32,000 bases of DNA from Candidatus Saganbacteria bacterium. Lineage in GTDB: Bacteria > Margulisbacteria > WOR-1 > JAKLHX01. Below the pieces are notes generated by a model, which worked only from the letters and a program-made list of their open reading frames with translations, was not told the origin of the DNA and made no database searches. Below are positions 1 through 9,479 of this stretch, piece by piece. Location of the stretch: contig JAPLKZ010000010.1 in assembly GCA_026387835.1 (NCBI GenBank), positions 30,001 to 62,000 on the forward strand, written 5' to 3'. Within the stretch, counting starts at the first letter, position 1. Each line of letters opens with the position of its first letter. The position numbers and the translations under genes were made by a program.

Positions 1-103
1 CACAAAATCCCCCCATCAAAATTTTTTTGAAATTTTACGAGATTTTGCCCTTCCTATTGGATCAAAACCGAGCTGAATATAATGTTACAACACGCATCAA
101 ATC

Positions 104-132
104 TTGTCAAGGTGGCCTTATTGCATTATAAT
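104..132 (+). promoter_or_regulatory. Putative sigma70-type promoter, TTGTCA - 17 nt - TATAAT
   Basis: TTGTCA at 104-109, TATAAT at 127-132, 17-nt spacer; 29 nt upstream of the ATG at 162. Confidence 0.6.
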
Positions 133-161
133 GAAAAGACCTTAAAGGATACTTCGTTATT

Positions 162-725
162 ATGGAACTGATCGGTTTGACGGGACTTAATGCCTCCGGA
201 AAAGGCACGATCGCGGACTTTTTGAAGGAAAAGGGTTTCGTTTATTATTCACTTTCGGATATAGTGCGTGAAGAAGCTACGGCCCTCGGCATGGATCATT
301 CCAGGGAAAGTCTGATTTTTGCGGGCAATAAACTGAGAAAAGACTTCGGGCCTTCCGTACTTGCAAAAAAGATCGCGGAAAAGCTCCGGCAGGCAAATAC
401 TTCAAAGGCCGTGATCGACAGTATCAGGAACCTTGCCGAGATCGCGGAACTAAGAAAACTGCCGGGTTTTGTCCTTATCGCCGCTGACGCGCCGCCGGAA
501 GTCCGTTTTGAACGGGCAAGATCGCGAGGCCGCATTGGGTTTGAGAGGACGCTCGAGGATTTTATCGCCGTGGAACAAAAGGAAAATACATCGGATCCTG
601 ACAGGCAGCAGCTTGCGGCCTGCCTGAAAGCCGCGGATATCACTGTCAGTAATGAGGGGACCGTAGAGGAATTGAAGATTAAGTTGGGAAAATTACTAAT
701 GACTAATTATGGAATAATATTATAA
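162..725 (+). CDS. AAA-family NTPase, dephospho-CoA kinase / nucleotide kinase-like
   Basis: 187-aa ORF with N-terminal P-loop variant GLTGLNASGKGTIADFLKEKGF followed by YYSLSDIVREEA, typical of dephospho-CoA-kinase-like nucleotide kinases. Confidence 0.65.
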   Translation: MELIGLTGLNASGKGTIADFLKEKGFVYYSLSDIVREEATALGMDHSRESLIFAGNKLRKDFGPSVLAKKIAEKLRQANTSKAVIDSIRNLAEIAELRKLPGFVLIAADAPPEVRFERARSRGRIGFERTLEDFIAVEQKENTSDPDRQQLAACLKAADITVSNEGTVEELKIKLGKLLMTNYGIIL

Positions 726-771
726 TCCTTCCTTCATTAGACATTAGTCATTAGTAATTAGTCATTTCCCC

Positions 772-1635
772 TTATCTCCCGTAAATGACCCTTTCTATCT
801 CTTTTCTCATGCCCTCCTCGTCCGAAAGCATATAATATCCCCTTTCAAGCCTTGCATCGCCGCCCGGGATCACGCCTGTAACAACCGTCCCTGTACGGTA
901 TATCGAAGATATTTTCAGGGCGATCCTTGCAGCCTGTGATATTCCCATGTTCGTTCTCACGTTCGAGGACATCGTATATAATATGTAAGGGAACCTGATG
1001 AGGTTTGAAGGCCTCATCAGCTCTTTTGCCAAAGCCTCAAAAAACTTGTGCTGCCTGTCTATCCTTCCCCAGTCGCTTGTCCTGTCATGCCTGAACCTTA
1101 CATACCCCATCGTTTCGTAACCGGAAAGCCTTTGCCTGCCCTGCGACAGATGAATATGCAGGTCAGCCGCATAGTCGTCATAATATAAAGGTTTTTCGAC
1201 ATCAAGAGTCACACCGCCGATCCTGTCAACAAGGTCCACGAACATGGGGAAGTTCACTTCAATATAATAATATACAGGGATCTTAAGAAAATTAGAGACC
1301 GTGGCGCAAGAAAGCTCCGGGCCTCCGTAAGTGTGAGCGTGGTTTATCTTATCCTGTCCGTGGCCCGGTATATCCACCAACGTATCTCTCGGTATTGAAA
1401 GGATGCCCATCCTGCTGCGCGCGAAGTCGATGTGCACCAGGTTTATCGAGTCTGAACGCGTCTTCAATCCTTCCTTTGTGTCTATGCCCATCACCAGCAC
1501 GTTTATCTGGTCATTCTCTTTTATCAGCCCTCTTTTTATCCCGATAAAAAGACCTGTCGCGATAATAAGCGACATCAGGGATATGAGAACTATTTTTGAC
1601 GGGTTTTGAATGTTCGTCAGCCTTCGACCAGCCAC
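772..1635 (-). CDS. LytR-CpsA-Psr (LCP) family protein
   Basis: N-terminal TM segment, then NVLVMGIDT, RSDSINLVHID, ILSIPRDTLVDIPGHGQDKINHAHTYGG and VRFRHDRTSDWGRIDRQ, the hallmark LCP motifs. Confidence 0.9.
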   Translation of the reverse strand: MAGRRLTNIQNPSKIVLISLMSLIIATGLFIGIKRGLIKENDQINVLVMGIDTKEGLKTRSDSINLVHIDFARSRMGILSIPRDTLVDIPGHGQDKINHAHTYGGPELSCATVSNFLKIPVYYYIEVNFPMFVDLVDRIGGVTLDVEKPLYYDDYAADLHIHLSQGRQRLSGYETMGYVRFRHDRTSDWGRIDRQHKFFEALAKELMRPSNLIRFPYILYTMSSNVRTNMGISQAARIALKISSIYRTGTVVTGVIPGGDARLERGYYMLSDEEGMRKEIERVIYGR

Positions 1636-2159
1636 TTTTCCTCTTTATGGAACCACTGCGCCGGATCGTTCAGATACAGATACGTATCCTGAAGGATGTC
1701 GAAATGGGAATTTTCCTCTTTTGAAAGAAAAGCAAAAAGGCTTTTCGCGGCCGGATCTTCCGTATCCTCCGCCACTTTCTTGTAAAAATCAAACCCTTTC
1801 TTTTCCAGTTCCATGGATATCTCGTAAGCGTGCAGGAGCTCATTCTCCGTCGGGGCCTTATTATCAAGAGAGGTTTTGATATCGTTCAGGATCTCCGTCT
1901 TTATCTTTTCGCTGTCTTTTGTAGTGTTTTCGTCTGCCGGGGAAATTTGAGCGCCGGTCATTTTCGCGTAAAACTCCTCGATTGCTTTTTTGTGGAGCAG
2001 TTCTTTTCCGGCTATCGCCTGCAGCGTGGCCTTGCCCAGCGGATTGCTCGATTTCTTCGCGGCTTCCACGTAGATCGCATAGCCTTCATCCTCCATGTTT
2101 ATGGCGGTCTTTGCGGCATCGGTCAGCTCTTTTGATATGAAACGGATATTTTCCGGCAA
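1617..2159 (-). CDS. Rubrerythrin/ferritin-like protein
   Basis: 180-aa helical protein with two ferritin-like repeats, EEGYAIYVEAAKKSSNPLGKA..EKELLHKKAIEEFY and ELEKKGFDFYKKVAEDTEDPAAKSLFAFLSKEENSHFDIL. Confidence 0.75.
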   Translation of the reverse strand: MPENIRFISKELTDAAKTAINMEDEGYAIYVEAAKKSSNPLGKATLQAIAGKELLHKKAIEEFYAKMTGAQISPADENTTKDSEKIKTEILNDIKTSLDNKAPTENELLHAYEISMELEKKGFDFYKKVAEDTEDPAAKSLFAFLSKEENSHFDILQDTYLYLNDPAQWFHKEEKWLVEG

Positions 2160-2258
2160 TTTATTCTCCTTATATAAAAGGAACCCTGAGAGGACTGTCG
2201 TTTTATATTTTTTCTGCCATATTAATTATACCTTTATATATTTTATATTCAAGTATTT

Positions 2259-3482
2259 CTATATCCCCTCTCCCACCGTCCAACCCGTTGACCACGCTGC
2301 CTGAAGGTTGAACCCGCCTGTTTTTCCAACTATATCAAGCACCTCTCCGGCAAAATACAGACCTTTTACGATCTTTGATTCTAAAGTCCTGTTGTCGATC
2401 TCCCTGAGGTCGATGCCGCCGTCGGTCACTATCGATTTGTTCACCATCACATAACTTGAGACCGTAAACTCCATTGCCGTCAGGTTTTTTACCAGGTTTT
2501 TTCTTTCTTCTTTTGATATCTCGTTTGTTTTTTTCTCCGGATCGATACCGGAGATGCCGGCCAATACCGGCGGCAGCGACTCCGGAAGTATCTCTTTTAG
2601 GGCATTGACGATGCTTTTGTTAGGATTACTTCTGAATGTGTCAAGCAACAGCGCGTCATAGCCAGCCTCGTCTTTTTCAGGGAAAAACCCGATCAGTATC
2701 TTCAGCGAACTGAGCTGACTGCTTGACACCTCAAGGCTCGCGTTTATCATCACCGGCCCGGTGAGACCAAAATTCGCGAACATAAGAGGACCTCTTTCTT
2801 TGAAGATGACACCGGAACTGTTCCTGAAGACGATCATTGCATCGGGGATGGAGAGCCCGTTAAGCCGCCTGCAGATATCCGTTTCTTTAACTTCGAAAGG
2901 ATAAAGCGCTTTTTTCGGCGGGACTATCTTATGTCCGAGTTTTTCCGCGATCTTGAAACCGTCTCCCGTAGAACCCGTTTTTTGCTTTGTCTTTCCTCCT
3001 GTCGCGATCAGGACATTCCTGCCTGAATACTCATTATTTTTTGTGATGACGGTCAGGCGCTCCCGCCGTAAGATATCTTTGACCGGTGAACCATAAATGA
3101 TCTCCGTATTATTATTTTTTAATTTTTTCAAAAGGACGTTCAGCACATCTTCGGCTTTGTTGCTTTTTGGAAAAACTCTCTGCTGCGGTTCGGCCTTAAG
3201 AGGCACGCCATTCTTTTCAAAAAATTCCATTACTTCGATATTTGACAGATTGTGAAGCATGCTCAGCATGAACATGGGGTTCTTCATGTAATTTGAAACG
3301 AACAATTGAGGATCTTTTTCCGCGTTAGTGATATTGCATCTGCGGTTCCCGCAGAGAAGTAGTTTTTTTCCCGCGCTGTCGTTTTTTTCCAGGATAACGA
3401 CAGACTTCCCGCGCTCGGATGCCCGTATCGCGGCCATCATCCCGGCAGGCCCCGCACCGATGACGATGAGATCATATATCAT
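2259..3482 (-). CDS. NAD(P)/FAD-dependent oxidoreductase, HI0933-like flavoprotein
   Basis: DLIVIGAGPAGMMAAIRASERGKSVVILEKNDSAGKKLLLCGNRRCNITN start and GEVLDIVGKTGGFNLQAAWSTGWTVGE end are diagnostic of the family. Confidence 0.9.
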   Translation of the reverse strand: MIYDLIVIGAGPAGMMAAIRASERGKSVVILEKNDSAGKKLLLCGNRRCNITNAEKDPQLFVSNYMKNPMFMLSMLHNLSNIEVMEFFEKNGVPLKAEPQQRVFPKSNKAEDVLNVLLKKLKNNNTEIIYGSPVKDILRRERLTVITKNNEYSGRNVLIATGGKTKQKTGSTGDGFKIAEKLGHKIVPPKKALYPFEVKETDICRRLNGLSIPDAMIVFRNSSGVIFKERGPLMFANFGLTGPVMINASLEVSSSQLSSLKILIGFFPEKDEAGYDALLLDTFRSNPNKSIVNALKEILPESLPPVLAGISGIDPEKKTNEISKEERKNLVKNLTAMEFTVSSYVMVNKSIVTDGGIDLREIDNRTLESKIVKGLYFAGEVLDIVGKTGGFNLQAAWSTGWTVGEGI

Positions 3483-4096
3483 CGGAATTTTCCCAGCATT
3501 CTTTTCAGTAAATTCACCGGGAGCCCTACTACATTATAGTAATCCCCCTCGATCCATTCGACTATCGCCCCGCCTTTGCCCTGGATGCCGAACGCGCCGG
3601 CCTTATCAAGAGGTTCTTTTGTCCTGACGTAATCTTCAATTTCTCTTTTTGAAAGTTTTTTGATCTTCACTTTCGTCAGCTCAAATGTTTTTGTCATTTT
3701 ATTTGAAGGCTTCTCGATGACGGCAAGGCCTGTTATCACATCAAGGATCTTCCCGCTTATAGAACGGAGCATTTTTCTCGCGTTCTCTTTTGTATCCGGC
3801 TTGCCGAGTATTTCTCTTCCGCAGATAACGATAGTATCCGCTCCGATCACAATTCCGGTTTTTATCTTCTTTGAAGCGGAGATAGCTTTCGAGGCCGCGT
3901 GGAATAAAGCAAGTCCTTCCGGCGTCAGGCCTTTCCTGTCTTTTTCCGCGTGAACATGCCCGCAAACACTAAACCTGCTTTTTAGTGCCTTTTTTAACAG
4001 CTCTTTTCTTCTCGGAGAATCCGAAGCAAGATAATATCTTTTCATATCAATATTATGACAGATTCCCGGGGTGGGGATCTTATCAACTTCTTTCAT
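3479..4096 (-). CDS. maf: Maf family nucleotide pyrophosphatase
   Basis: YYLASDSPRRKELLKKA, VIGADTIVICGREILGKP, DKAGAFGIQGKGGAIVEWIEGDYYNVVGLPV. The listed N-terminus has about 19 extra residues; the start may be the internal ATG preceding KRYYLASDSPRR. Confidence 0.9.
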   Translation of the reverse strand: MKEVDKIPTPGICHNIDMKRYYLASDSPRRKELLKKALKSRFSVCGHVHAEKDRKGLTPEGLALFHAASKAISASKKIKTGIVIGADTIVICGREILGKPDTKENARKMLRSISGKILDVITGLAVIEKPSNKMTKTFELTKVKIKKLSKREIEDYVRTKEPLDKAGAFGIQGKGGAIVEWIEGDYYNVVGLPVNLLKRMLGKFR

Positions 4097-4126
4097 TGGT
4101 CTCCTTAATTGGTTATAATGATATTA

Positions 4127-5713
4127 ATGCCTTCAAACATCCGCAATTTTTCCATCATCGCGCACATAGACCACGGCAAGTCCACCCTTGCCGACAGGCT
4201 GCTTGAATACACGGGGACCGTTGAAAAGCGTTTCATGAAAGAACAGATACTTGACAGCATGGACCTCGAGAGAGAAAGAGGAGTCACGATCAAGGCAAAA
4301 GCCATCCGCATAGACTATAAAGGATATATTTTAAACCTCATCGATACGCCTGGCCATGTCGATTTCGGATATGAAGTGTCCCGCGCGCTCGCCGCGTGCG
4401 AAGGAGCCCTTCTGGTGGTCGACGCGGCGCAGGGCGTCGAAGCCCAGACGATCGCGAACGCGTTCCTCGCGAAAGCAAATGACCTGAAGATCATCCCCGT
4501 AATGAACAAGATCGACCTTCCGAGCGCTGATCCCGCTATGGTGATGCAGGAGCTTAACCATGTCTTCGGCATCGAAGAAAAAGATGTCGTGCTCACGAGC
4601 GCGAAGAGCGGCATCGGCATCGAGGACGTGATAAAAGCGATAATCGATATTGTCCCTCCTCCGAAAGGAAGCGAAGACGCTCCCCTTCAGGCCCTTATTT
4701 TTGATTCTCACTATGACAGCTACAGGGGCGTGGTGATCTACACCAGAGTATTTAACGGCACTGTTAAAGCCGGCGACAGGATACTGATGATGGAAACAGG
4801 AGCGGAATTCGAAGTGCAGGAAGTCGGGATATTCAAGCTGGAATTTGTCGCCAAAGAGACCCTGTCCGCAGGAGAGGTCGGATATATCATCGCCAACATC
4901 AAGAACATAAGGGACGCTCATGTGGGCGACACGATAACCCATCTGAAGACCCCCGCACCGGACGCGCTGCCGGGTTATAAAAAAGCAAAGCCGATGGTCT
5001 TTTGCGGCCTTTTCCCCACTGACGGGGAGGATTACGGCAATCTGAAGGACGCGCTTGAAAAACTCTCGCTGAACGATGCTTCCCTTTTCTACGAGCCGGA
5101 GAATTCCGCCGCTTTGGGTTCCGGATTCAGGTGCGGGTTTTTGGGGATGCTCCATTTTGAGATCGTCCAGGAGCGCCTTGAAAGGGAATACAAGGTCCCG
5201 CTTATCGCCACCGCCCCGAACGTCGTCTACAGGGTGAACCTTAACAGCAAAAAGACCGTCCTGATAGACAGCCCATCAAAGCTGCCCGACATGTCGACGG
5301 TGGATTCGATAGAAGAACCCGTCTACAAGGTGACGATCCTCTGCCCCGACAGGCATGTGGGCAATATCATGACGCTTTCCTCCGACAAAAGAGGGACGTT
5401 CAGGAACATGGAATACCTCGATACGACCCATGTCATGATGACTTATGAATTCCCTCTTGCGGAAATTATAATAGAGTTCTATGATATATTAAAATCCGTC
5501 TCGCAGGGCTATGCTTCGATGGACTACGAGCTGATCGGGTACAAAGAGGCTGACCTTGTAAAACTGGATGTCCTCGTCAACGAGGAACCGGTGGACGCGC
5601 TGTCGGTGATAATCCCGAGACAGAACGCCCAGTACCAGGGAAGGAAGCTCGTCGAAAGACTAAGGGGGGCGATACCGAGGCAGCAGTTCGAGATACCCAT
5701 ACAGGCGCTTTAA
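4127..5713 (+). CDS. lepA: Elongation factor 4 (LepA), open frame ends early relative to canonical protein
   Basis: [47 protein letters not shown]; the open frame stops after [14 protein letters not shown] at 4127 preferred over the listed TTG at 4109. Confidence 0.93.
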   Translation: MPSNIRNFSIIAHIDHGKSTLADRLLEYTGTVEKRFMKEQILDSMDLERERGVTIKAKAIRIDYKGYILNLIDTPGHVDFGYEVSRALAACEGALLVVDAAQGVEAQTIANAFLAKANDLKIIPVMNKIDLPSADPAMVMQELNHVFGIEEKDVVLTSAKSGIGIEDVIKAIIDIVPPPKGSEDAPLQALIFDSHYDSYRGVVIYTRVFNGTVKAGDRILMMETGAEFEVQEVGIFKLEFVAKETLSAGEVGYIIANIKNIRDAHVGDTITHLKTPAPDALPGYKKAKPMVFCGLFPTDGEDYGNLKDALEKLSLNDASLFYEPENSAALGSGFRCGFLGMLHFEIVQERLEREYKVPLIATAPNVVYRVNLNSKKTVLIDSPSKLPDMSTVDSIEEPVYKVTILCPDRHVGNIMTLSSDKRGTFRNMEYLDTTHVMMTYEFPLAEIIIEFYDILKSVSQGYASMDYELIGYKEADLVKLDVLVNEEPVDALSVIIPRQNAQYQGRKLVERLRGAIPRQQFEIPIQAL

Positions 5714-5865
5714 GGAAAGATGTGATCGCGAAGTGCTACGGCGGCGACGTCACCAGAAAGCGTAAACTGCTTGAAAAACAGAAAGAGGGAAAGAAGAGGA
5801 TGAAGAGGGTCGGCAAGGTAGATATCCCGCAGGAAGCTTTCCTTGCCGTTCTCAAAATAAAATGA
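5707..5865 (+). pseudogene. lepA: Out-of-frame C-terminal remnant of LepA
   Basis: Frame -1 to the main ORF encodes [52 protein letters not shown], the conserved LepA C-terminus. Confidence 0.9.
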
Positions 5866-5910
5866 AATTTCGGTAAAATAGCATCGATAAATATATGGGA
5901 GAAACCAGAG

Positions 5911-6219
5911 ATGTCTGAAGTTAACGGAAGCAACAATAATAAAGAAGTCCAGTATATCAGGGACCTGGCCAGGAGAGCTTTCAGGAACGTGACGCGCATC
6001 GAAGATACCTCCATAAAGAACGTAGAGGAAAGATTTGACCGGCCGAAACACGTGATGCCAAAGAACAGTTTTCCCGGTCTCGGCATAGGCGTCACCGTGG
6101 GCATCATCATCTGCATTGCCACCTACCTCACAGGCGTACCGTTCAACAGAGTGGAAGCAATATTTGTCACCGCGCAGTTCGGGCTTCTGGGCGCTTTGAT
6201 GAGCTACATCAATTCATGA
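5911..6219 (+). CDS. Small hypothetical membrane protein
   Basis: 102-aa ORF with hydrophobic stretches (GIGVTVGIIICIATYLTG; AIFVTAQFGLLGALMSYI), stop overlapping the hemW start. Confidence 0.5.
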   Translation: MSEVNGSNNNKEVQYIRDLARRAFRNVTRIEDTSIKNVEERFDRPKHVMPKNSFPGLGIGVTVGIIICIATYLTGVPFNRVEAIFVTAQFGLLGALMSYINS

Positions 6220-7334
6220 CCTTTGCGGGTCTTTATGTTCACATCCCCTTCTGCAAAAAGAAATGCGGTTATTGTGATTTCACTTCGTCCCGCGGCACAG
6301 AAAGCCTGATCAAACAATATCTTGATGCCCTTTTAACAGAGATCGAAGCGGGCTTAAAAAAATATCCCGAACTTAAAATATCGACCGTATTTTTTGGCGG
6401 GGGGACCCCTACCCTGCTCAAAACAGAAGACCTGGTATTGATCCTTGACAATATCAAAGGTCATTTCCATGTCGATAAAGACGCCGAAATATCCGTAGAA
6501 GCCAATCCCGGAACAGTCGATCTCGAAAAACTTTTGGCGCTCAGAAAAGCCGGGTTCAACAGATTAAGCATCGGCACGCAGTCTTTTGATGATAACGAGC
6601 TGAAGATCCTCGGGAGGATACACTCTGAAAAAGAAATTTATTCGGCATTTGAGAACGCAAGGATAGCCGGATTTTTCAACATAAACATCGATCTCATATC
6701 CGCTATACCCGGACAAACTTTAAGGGCATGGAAAGAAACTCTGAAGAAAGCGACACATCTTGGACCGGAACATATTTCCGCTTATCTCCTTGAGATAGAA
6801 GAGAACACGCCGTTCTATGACAGGTACGCAAAGGACGCGGATGAGGACGGACAGCTGTTGTTCTTCAACGAAACCATTTCGTTCTTAAGATCAAAAGGAT
6901 ACGCCCATTACGAGATATCAAATTTCGCAAAACCGGGATTTGAATGCAGGCATAACATCAACTACTGGAAGAACGGCGATTATTTAGGGTTTGGCCTTTC
7001 AGCCGCGTCTCATATCGAGTTTAACCGGTTTGAGAATACAAAAGAGCTTGAAAAATATCTGAAAGATCCCGTCAACTCTTTTGAAATTTCACCCTTGGAC
7101 AGGACGATAGACGATGACATAAAAGAGACTTTATTTATGGGGCTTAGATTGACCAAAGGGATCGACCTGGGAGAATTTGAACGGAAATATGCCGGAGCAA
7201 ACGATCATTCGAAATATTTACGGCGCATCAATGAGCTTAAAGAAACCGGACAATTAAGGTCATCGGAGAACTTCTTGTTTATCCCTTCGGAAAACCTCCC
7301 CACCTCAAATGAAATATTGAGACAGCTGATATAA
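6216..7334 (+). CDS. hemW: HemW-like radical SAM protein (coproporphyrinogen III oxidase-like)
   Basis: GLYVHIPFCKKKCGYCDFTS with CxxxCxxC cluster motif, TVFFGGGTPTLL, SIGTQSFDDNELKILGRIHS, NIDLISAIPGQT. Confidence 0.92.
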   Translation: MTFAGLYVHIPFCKKKCGYCDFTSSRGTESLIKQYLDALLTEIEAGLKKYPELKISTVFFGGGTPTLLKTEDLVLILDNIKGHFHVDKDAEISVEANPGTVDLEKLLALRKAGFNRLSIGTQSFDDNELKILGRIHSEKEIYSAFENARIAGFFNINIDLISAIPGQTLRAWKETLKKATHLGPEHISAYLLEIEENTPFYDRYAKDADEDGQLLFFNETISFLRSKGYAHYEISNFAKPGFECRHNINYWKNGDYLGFGLSAASHIEFNRFENTKELEKYLKDPVNSFEISPLDRTIDDDIKETLFMGLRLTKGIDLGEFERKYAGANDHSKYLRRINELKETGQLRSSENFLFIPSENLPTSNEILRQLI

Positions 7335-7337
7335 TTC

Positions 7338-7504
7338 CCGACGCTAAACGCGTCGGCTCCTTAATTCCAAACCAACGGAGCCGAACGGCCCGCCTGCATT
7401 CGCATGCGAAGCATTGCGGGCAGGTTTACGTTCGGGTTAAACTAGATGCAGGTCCCGACTCATAACCCTTCGGCTTCGCTCAGGGCAGGATGAGAGCTGC
7501 CCTG
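7338..7504. repeat. Cluster of intergenic palindromes/hairpins downstream of hemW
   Basis: CCGACGC-taaac-GCGTCGG (7338-7356); CGGCTCC (7354-7360)/GGAGCCG (7377-7383); imperfect arm around TTCGCATGCGAA (about 7390-7424); CAGGGCAG (7481-7488)/CTGCCCTG (7497-7504). Confidence 0.7.
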
Positions 7505-7587
7505 TAAGCCCCTGCCCCTCTCTGTAGGCTGAATTTACATTGATTTTGTTCCTATAATATGATAAATTTGAACGCGGAGGTGGATAA

Positions 7588-7794
7588 ATGAATATCCGGG
7601 CAGAATACCTTGTTGATGAAAAAGGAGAAAAGAAATCGGTGGTTTTATCTGTCAGAAACTACATGCGGCTTATAGAATATATGGAAGACCTGGAAGATTC
7701 GGCAGATTTAAAAAGAGCAAAAGGATCCGCAAGGGGGTTTATTGACTTTGATACCCTTATAAAAAAGTTAAAAAGCAAAGGGCGCATTCGTTAA
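7588..7794 (+). CDS. Putative type II antitoxin (Phd/YefM or RelB-like)
   Basis: 68-aa acidic-charged ORF (VVLSVRNYMRLIEYMEDLEDSADLKRAK) whose stop overlaps the start of a RelE-like ORF. Confidence 0.7.
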   Translation: MNIRAEYLVDEKGEKKSVVLSVRNYMRLIEYMEDLEDSADLKRAKGSARGFIDFDTLIKKLKSKGRIR

Positions 7795-8045
7795 TGTATG
7801 GGGTTGTTGTTGAACGCAAAGCTGCTAAGGAAATTGAGTCCCTTCCCGCCGAAGCAATTCAACGCATCACAGATGCAATCGAAAGTTTAAAAGCGAATCC
7901 GCGTCCGCGCGGTGTCAAGAAATTATCAGGGGAAGATGGCTGGCGTATAAGGATCGGAGACTATCGCATTTTGTATACAATAGATGACGGTCAAAGACTT
8001 GTTGCGGTTTATCGAGTAAAGCACCGTCGAGAAGTTTATCGATAA
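7794..8045 (+). CDS. RelE/ParE family toxin
   Basis: YGVVVERKAAKEIESLPAEAIQRITDAIESLKANPRPRGVKKLSGEDGWRIRIGDYRILYTIDDGQRLVAVYRVKHRREVYR: classic RelE pattern. Confidence 0.92.
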   Translation: MYGVVVERKAAKEIESLPAEAIQRITDAIESLKANPRPRGVKKLSGEDGWRIRIGDYRILYTIDDGQRLVAVYRVKHRREVYR

Positions 8046-8140
8046 CTCGCCGGAGACTTACCTCACTTTCGGGCAGTATCAATAGAATCCCGTGAATTTC
8101 TTTATGGCGTTTTGAGAGAAAATCCGAACAAGGAATATTA

Positions 8141-8169
8141 TTGACAACTTAGTTGCCAATTGCTATAAT
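8141..8169 (+). promoter_or_regulatory. Consensus sigma70 promoter for the hrcA-grpE-dnaK operon
   Basis: TTGACA (8141-8146), exactly 17 nt, TATAAT (8164-8169). Confidence 0.9.
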
Positions 8170-8195
8170 TAGCACTTGAAGGGGTCGAGTGCTAA
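8169..8195 (+). promoter_or_regulatory. CIRCE operator (HrcA binding site)
   Basis: TTAGCACTT-GAAGGGGTC-GAGTGCTAA: 8/9 and 9/9 matches to the TTAGCACTC-N9-GAGTGCTAA inverted repeat, directly after the -10. Confidence 0.97.
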
Positions 8196-8196
8196 T

Positions 8197-8916
8197 ATGA
8201 TATTCGAAGTCCTTGATGACAGGAAACAGAAGGTCCTCCGCATAATAGTAGAGGACTATATCCATTCGGCGGAGCCGGTAGGCTCCAAGACCGTGACGCA
8301 GGACCACCACGTCGAGGCAAGCCCCGCCACCATCCGCTTTGACATGGCGGACCTTGAAAAGAAAGGCTATATCAAAAAGCCCCACACCTCCGCGGGCAGG
8401 GTTCCATCTGACAAAGGTTACAGGTTCTTTATTGACAACATCCTTGAAGAGTCGGAGCTTTCCGGCAGGGAAAGCGAAAGCGTGCGGGAAAAGATGCTCA
8501 AGACGATCAGGGATGACATCTTCGAGATCGCCGGCGAGCTTGTTTCCAGGATGACCGGCAACGCCTCCGTTGTGGTCGATCCGGACAAGAAACATATAAT
8601 TTATATAAACGGCATCTACAGGATGCTCAGGCAGCCCGAGTTCGTCCACGTCGATATGACGAGCGAAGTCGTGGAGCTGATGGAGAAGCACAACGAAATG
8701 ATAGACCTGCTGAATGAATATACCGAGGAGGAAGAAGATGATGTCTCCATCCGCGTCGGAGGGGAAAACTCGCCGAAACAGCTGAAGCAGTGTTCCGTCG
8801 CTTCCGCAAAATACAAAGACAGGGGTATAATAAGCATTGTCGGCCCGACGAGGATGGATTATAAAAGGGTGTCTTCGATCCTGAGATATTTTGCCGACCT
8901 GCTGGAGGAGATCTGA
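8197..8916 (+). CDS. hrcA: Heat-inducible transcription repressor HrcA
   Basis: DRKQKVLRIIVEDYIHSAEPVGSKTVTQDHHVEASPATIRFDMADLEKKGYIKKPHTSAGRVPSDKGYRFF; ATG at 8197 just after CIRCE (the listed ORF begins at an upstream TTG inside CIRCE). Confidence 0.95.
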   Translation: MIFEVLDDRKQKVLRIIVEDYIHSAEPVGSKTVTQDHHVEASPATIRFDMADLEKKGYIKKPHTSAGRVPSDKGYRFFIDNILEESELSGRESESVREKMLKTIRDDIFEIAGELVSRMTGNASVVVDPDKKHIIYINGIYRMLRQPEFVHVDMTSEVVELMEKHNEMIDLLNEYTEEEEDDVSIRVGGENSPKQLKQCSVASAKYKDRGIISIVGPTRMDYKRVSSILRYFADLLEEI

Positions 8917-9455
8917 TGAAAATAATGGGAGGAAGAAAACAGATGCCGGACAACAAAGAGACGGAAACGCTTCAAAAAGACATCGAGGACCTCGGTAAAC
9001 AGCTCGAGGAAAAAGACACAAAATTCGAGGAGCAGAAGAATCAGATGCTCCGCCTGATGGCGGATTTTGATAATTTCAAAAAAAGGGCGGCTCTCGAAAG
9101 GGAGGATATAATCTGTTTTTCGAACGAGGCCCTTATCCTGGCCCTGCTGCCGATACTGGACAATTTTGACCGCGCCATGCGGCACGCGGACGGCTGCGAC
9201 AAAAAGACGCTGGACGAGGAAATAATCAAAGGTTTCGCTCTGATAAAAAGACAGCTCGAGGATGTCCTTACCAAGATAGGCCTTGCCAGGGTCGAAGCGC
9301 TCGGCAAAAAATTTGACCCGAACTTCCACGAAGCGGTCCTTACGAGAGAATCAAAGGACCACGAAGACGGAACGGTGATAGAGGAGATGCAGAAAGGATA
9401 CACTTTAAGGGATAAACTGATCAGGCCGTCGATGGTTATAGTTGTAAAAAAATAA
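8916..9455 (+). CDS. grpE: Nucleotide exchange factor GrpE
   Basis: MLRLMADFDNFKKRAALEREDI, LPILDNFDRAM, GVxKIEALGKxFDPNFHEAV-like segment, EEMQKGYTLRDKLIRPSMVIVVKK. Start could be the internal ATG (MPDNKET). Confidence 0.95.
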   Translation: MKIMGGRKQMPDNKETETLQKDIEDLGKQLEEKDTKFEEQKNQMLRLMADFDNFKKRAALEREDIICFSNEALILALLPILDNFDRAMRHADGCDKKTLDEEIIKGFALIKRQLEDVLTKIGLARVEALGKKFDPNFHEAVLTRESKDHEDGTVIEEMQKGYTLRDKLIRPSMVIVVKK

Positions 9456-9479
9456 AACGGAGAAAGAAAGGAGATCAGT

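Noticed and set aside
5695-5720. Programmed frameshifting or bypass to rescue LepA
   Set aside because: No canonical slippery heptamer in the correct phase, and about 13 conserved residues would still be missing.
5710-6122. Minus-strand ORFs of 113 and 128 aa overlapping the lepA tail and the 102-aa ORF
   Set aside because: They lie opposite sequence that clearly encodes the conserved LepA C-terminus; low-complexity hydrophobic shadow translations.
7501-7587. TTTACA ... TATAAT promoter upstream of the antitoxin
   Set aside because: TATAAT is present near 7554 but the TTTACA spacing is only about 13 nt, too short for a confident call.
8149-9329. Large antisense ORFs (290 and 156 aa) opposite hrcA and grpE
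   Set aside because: Antisense of well-supported genes, with frequent non-natural-looking composition and no motifs.
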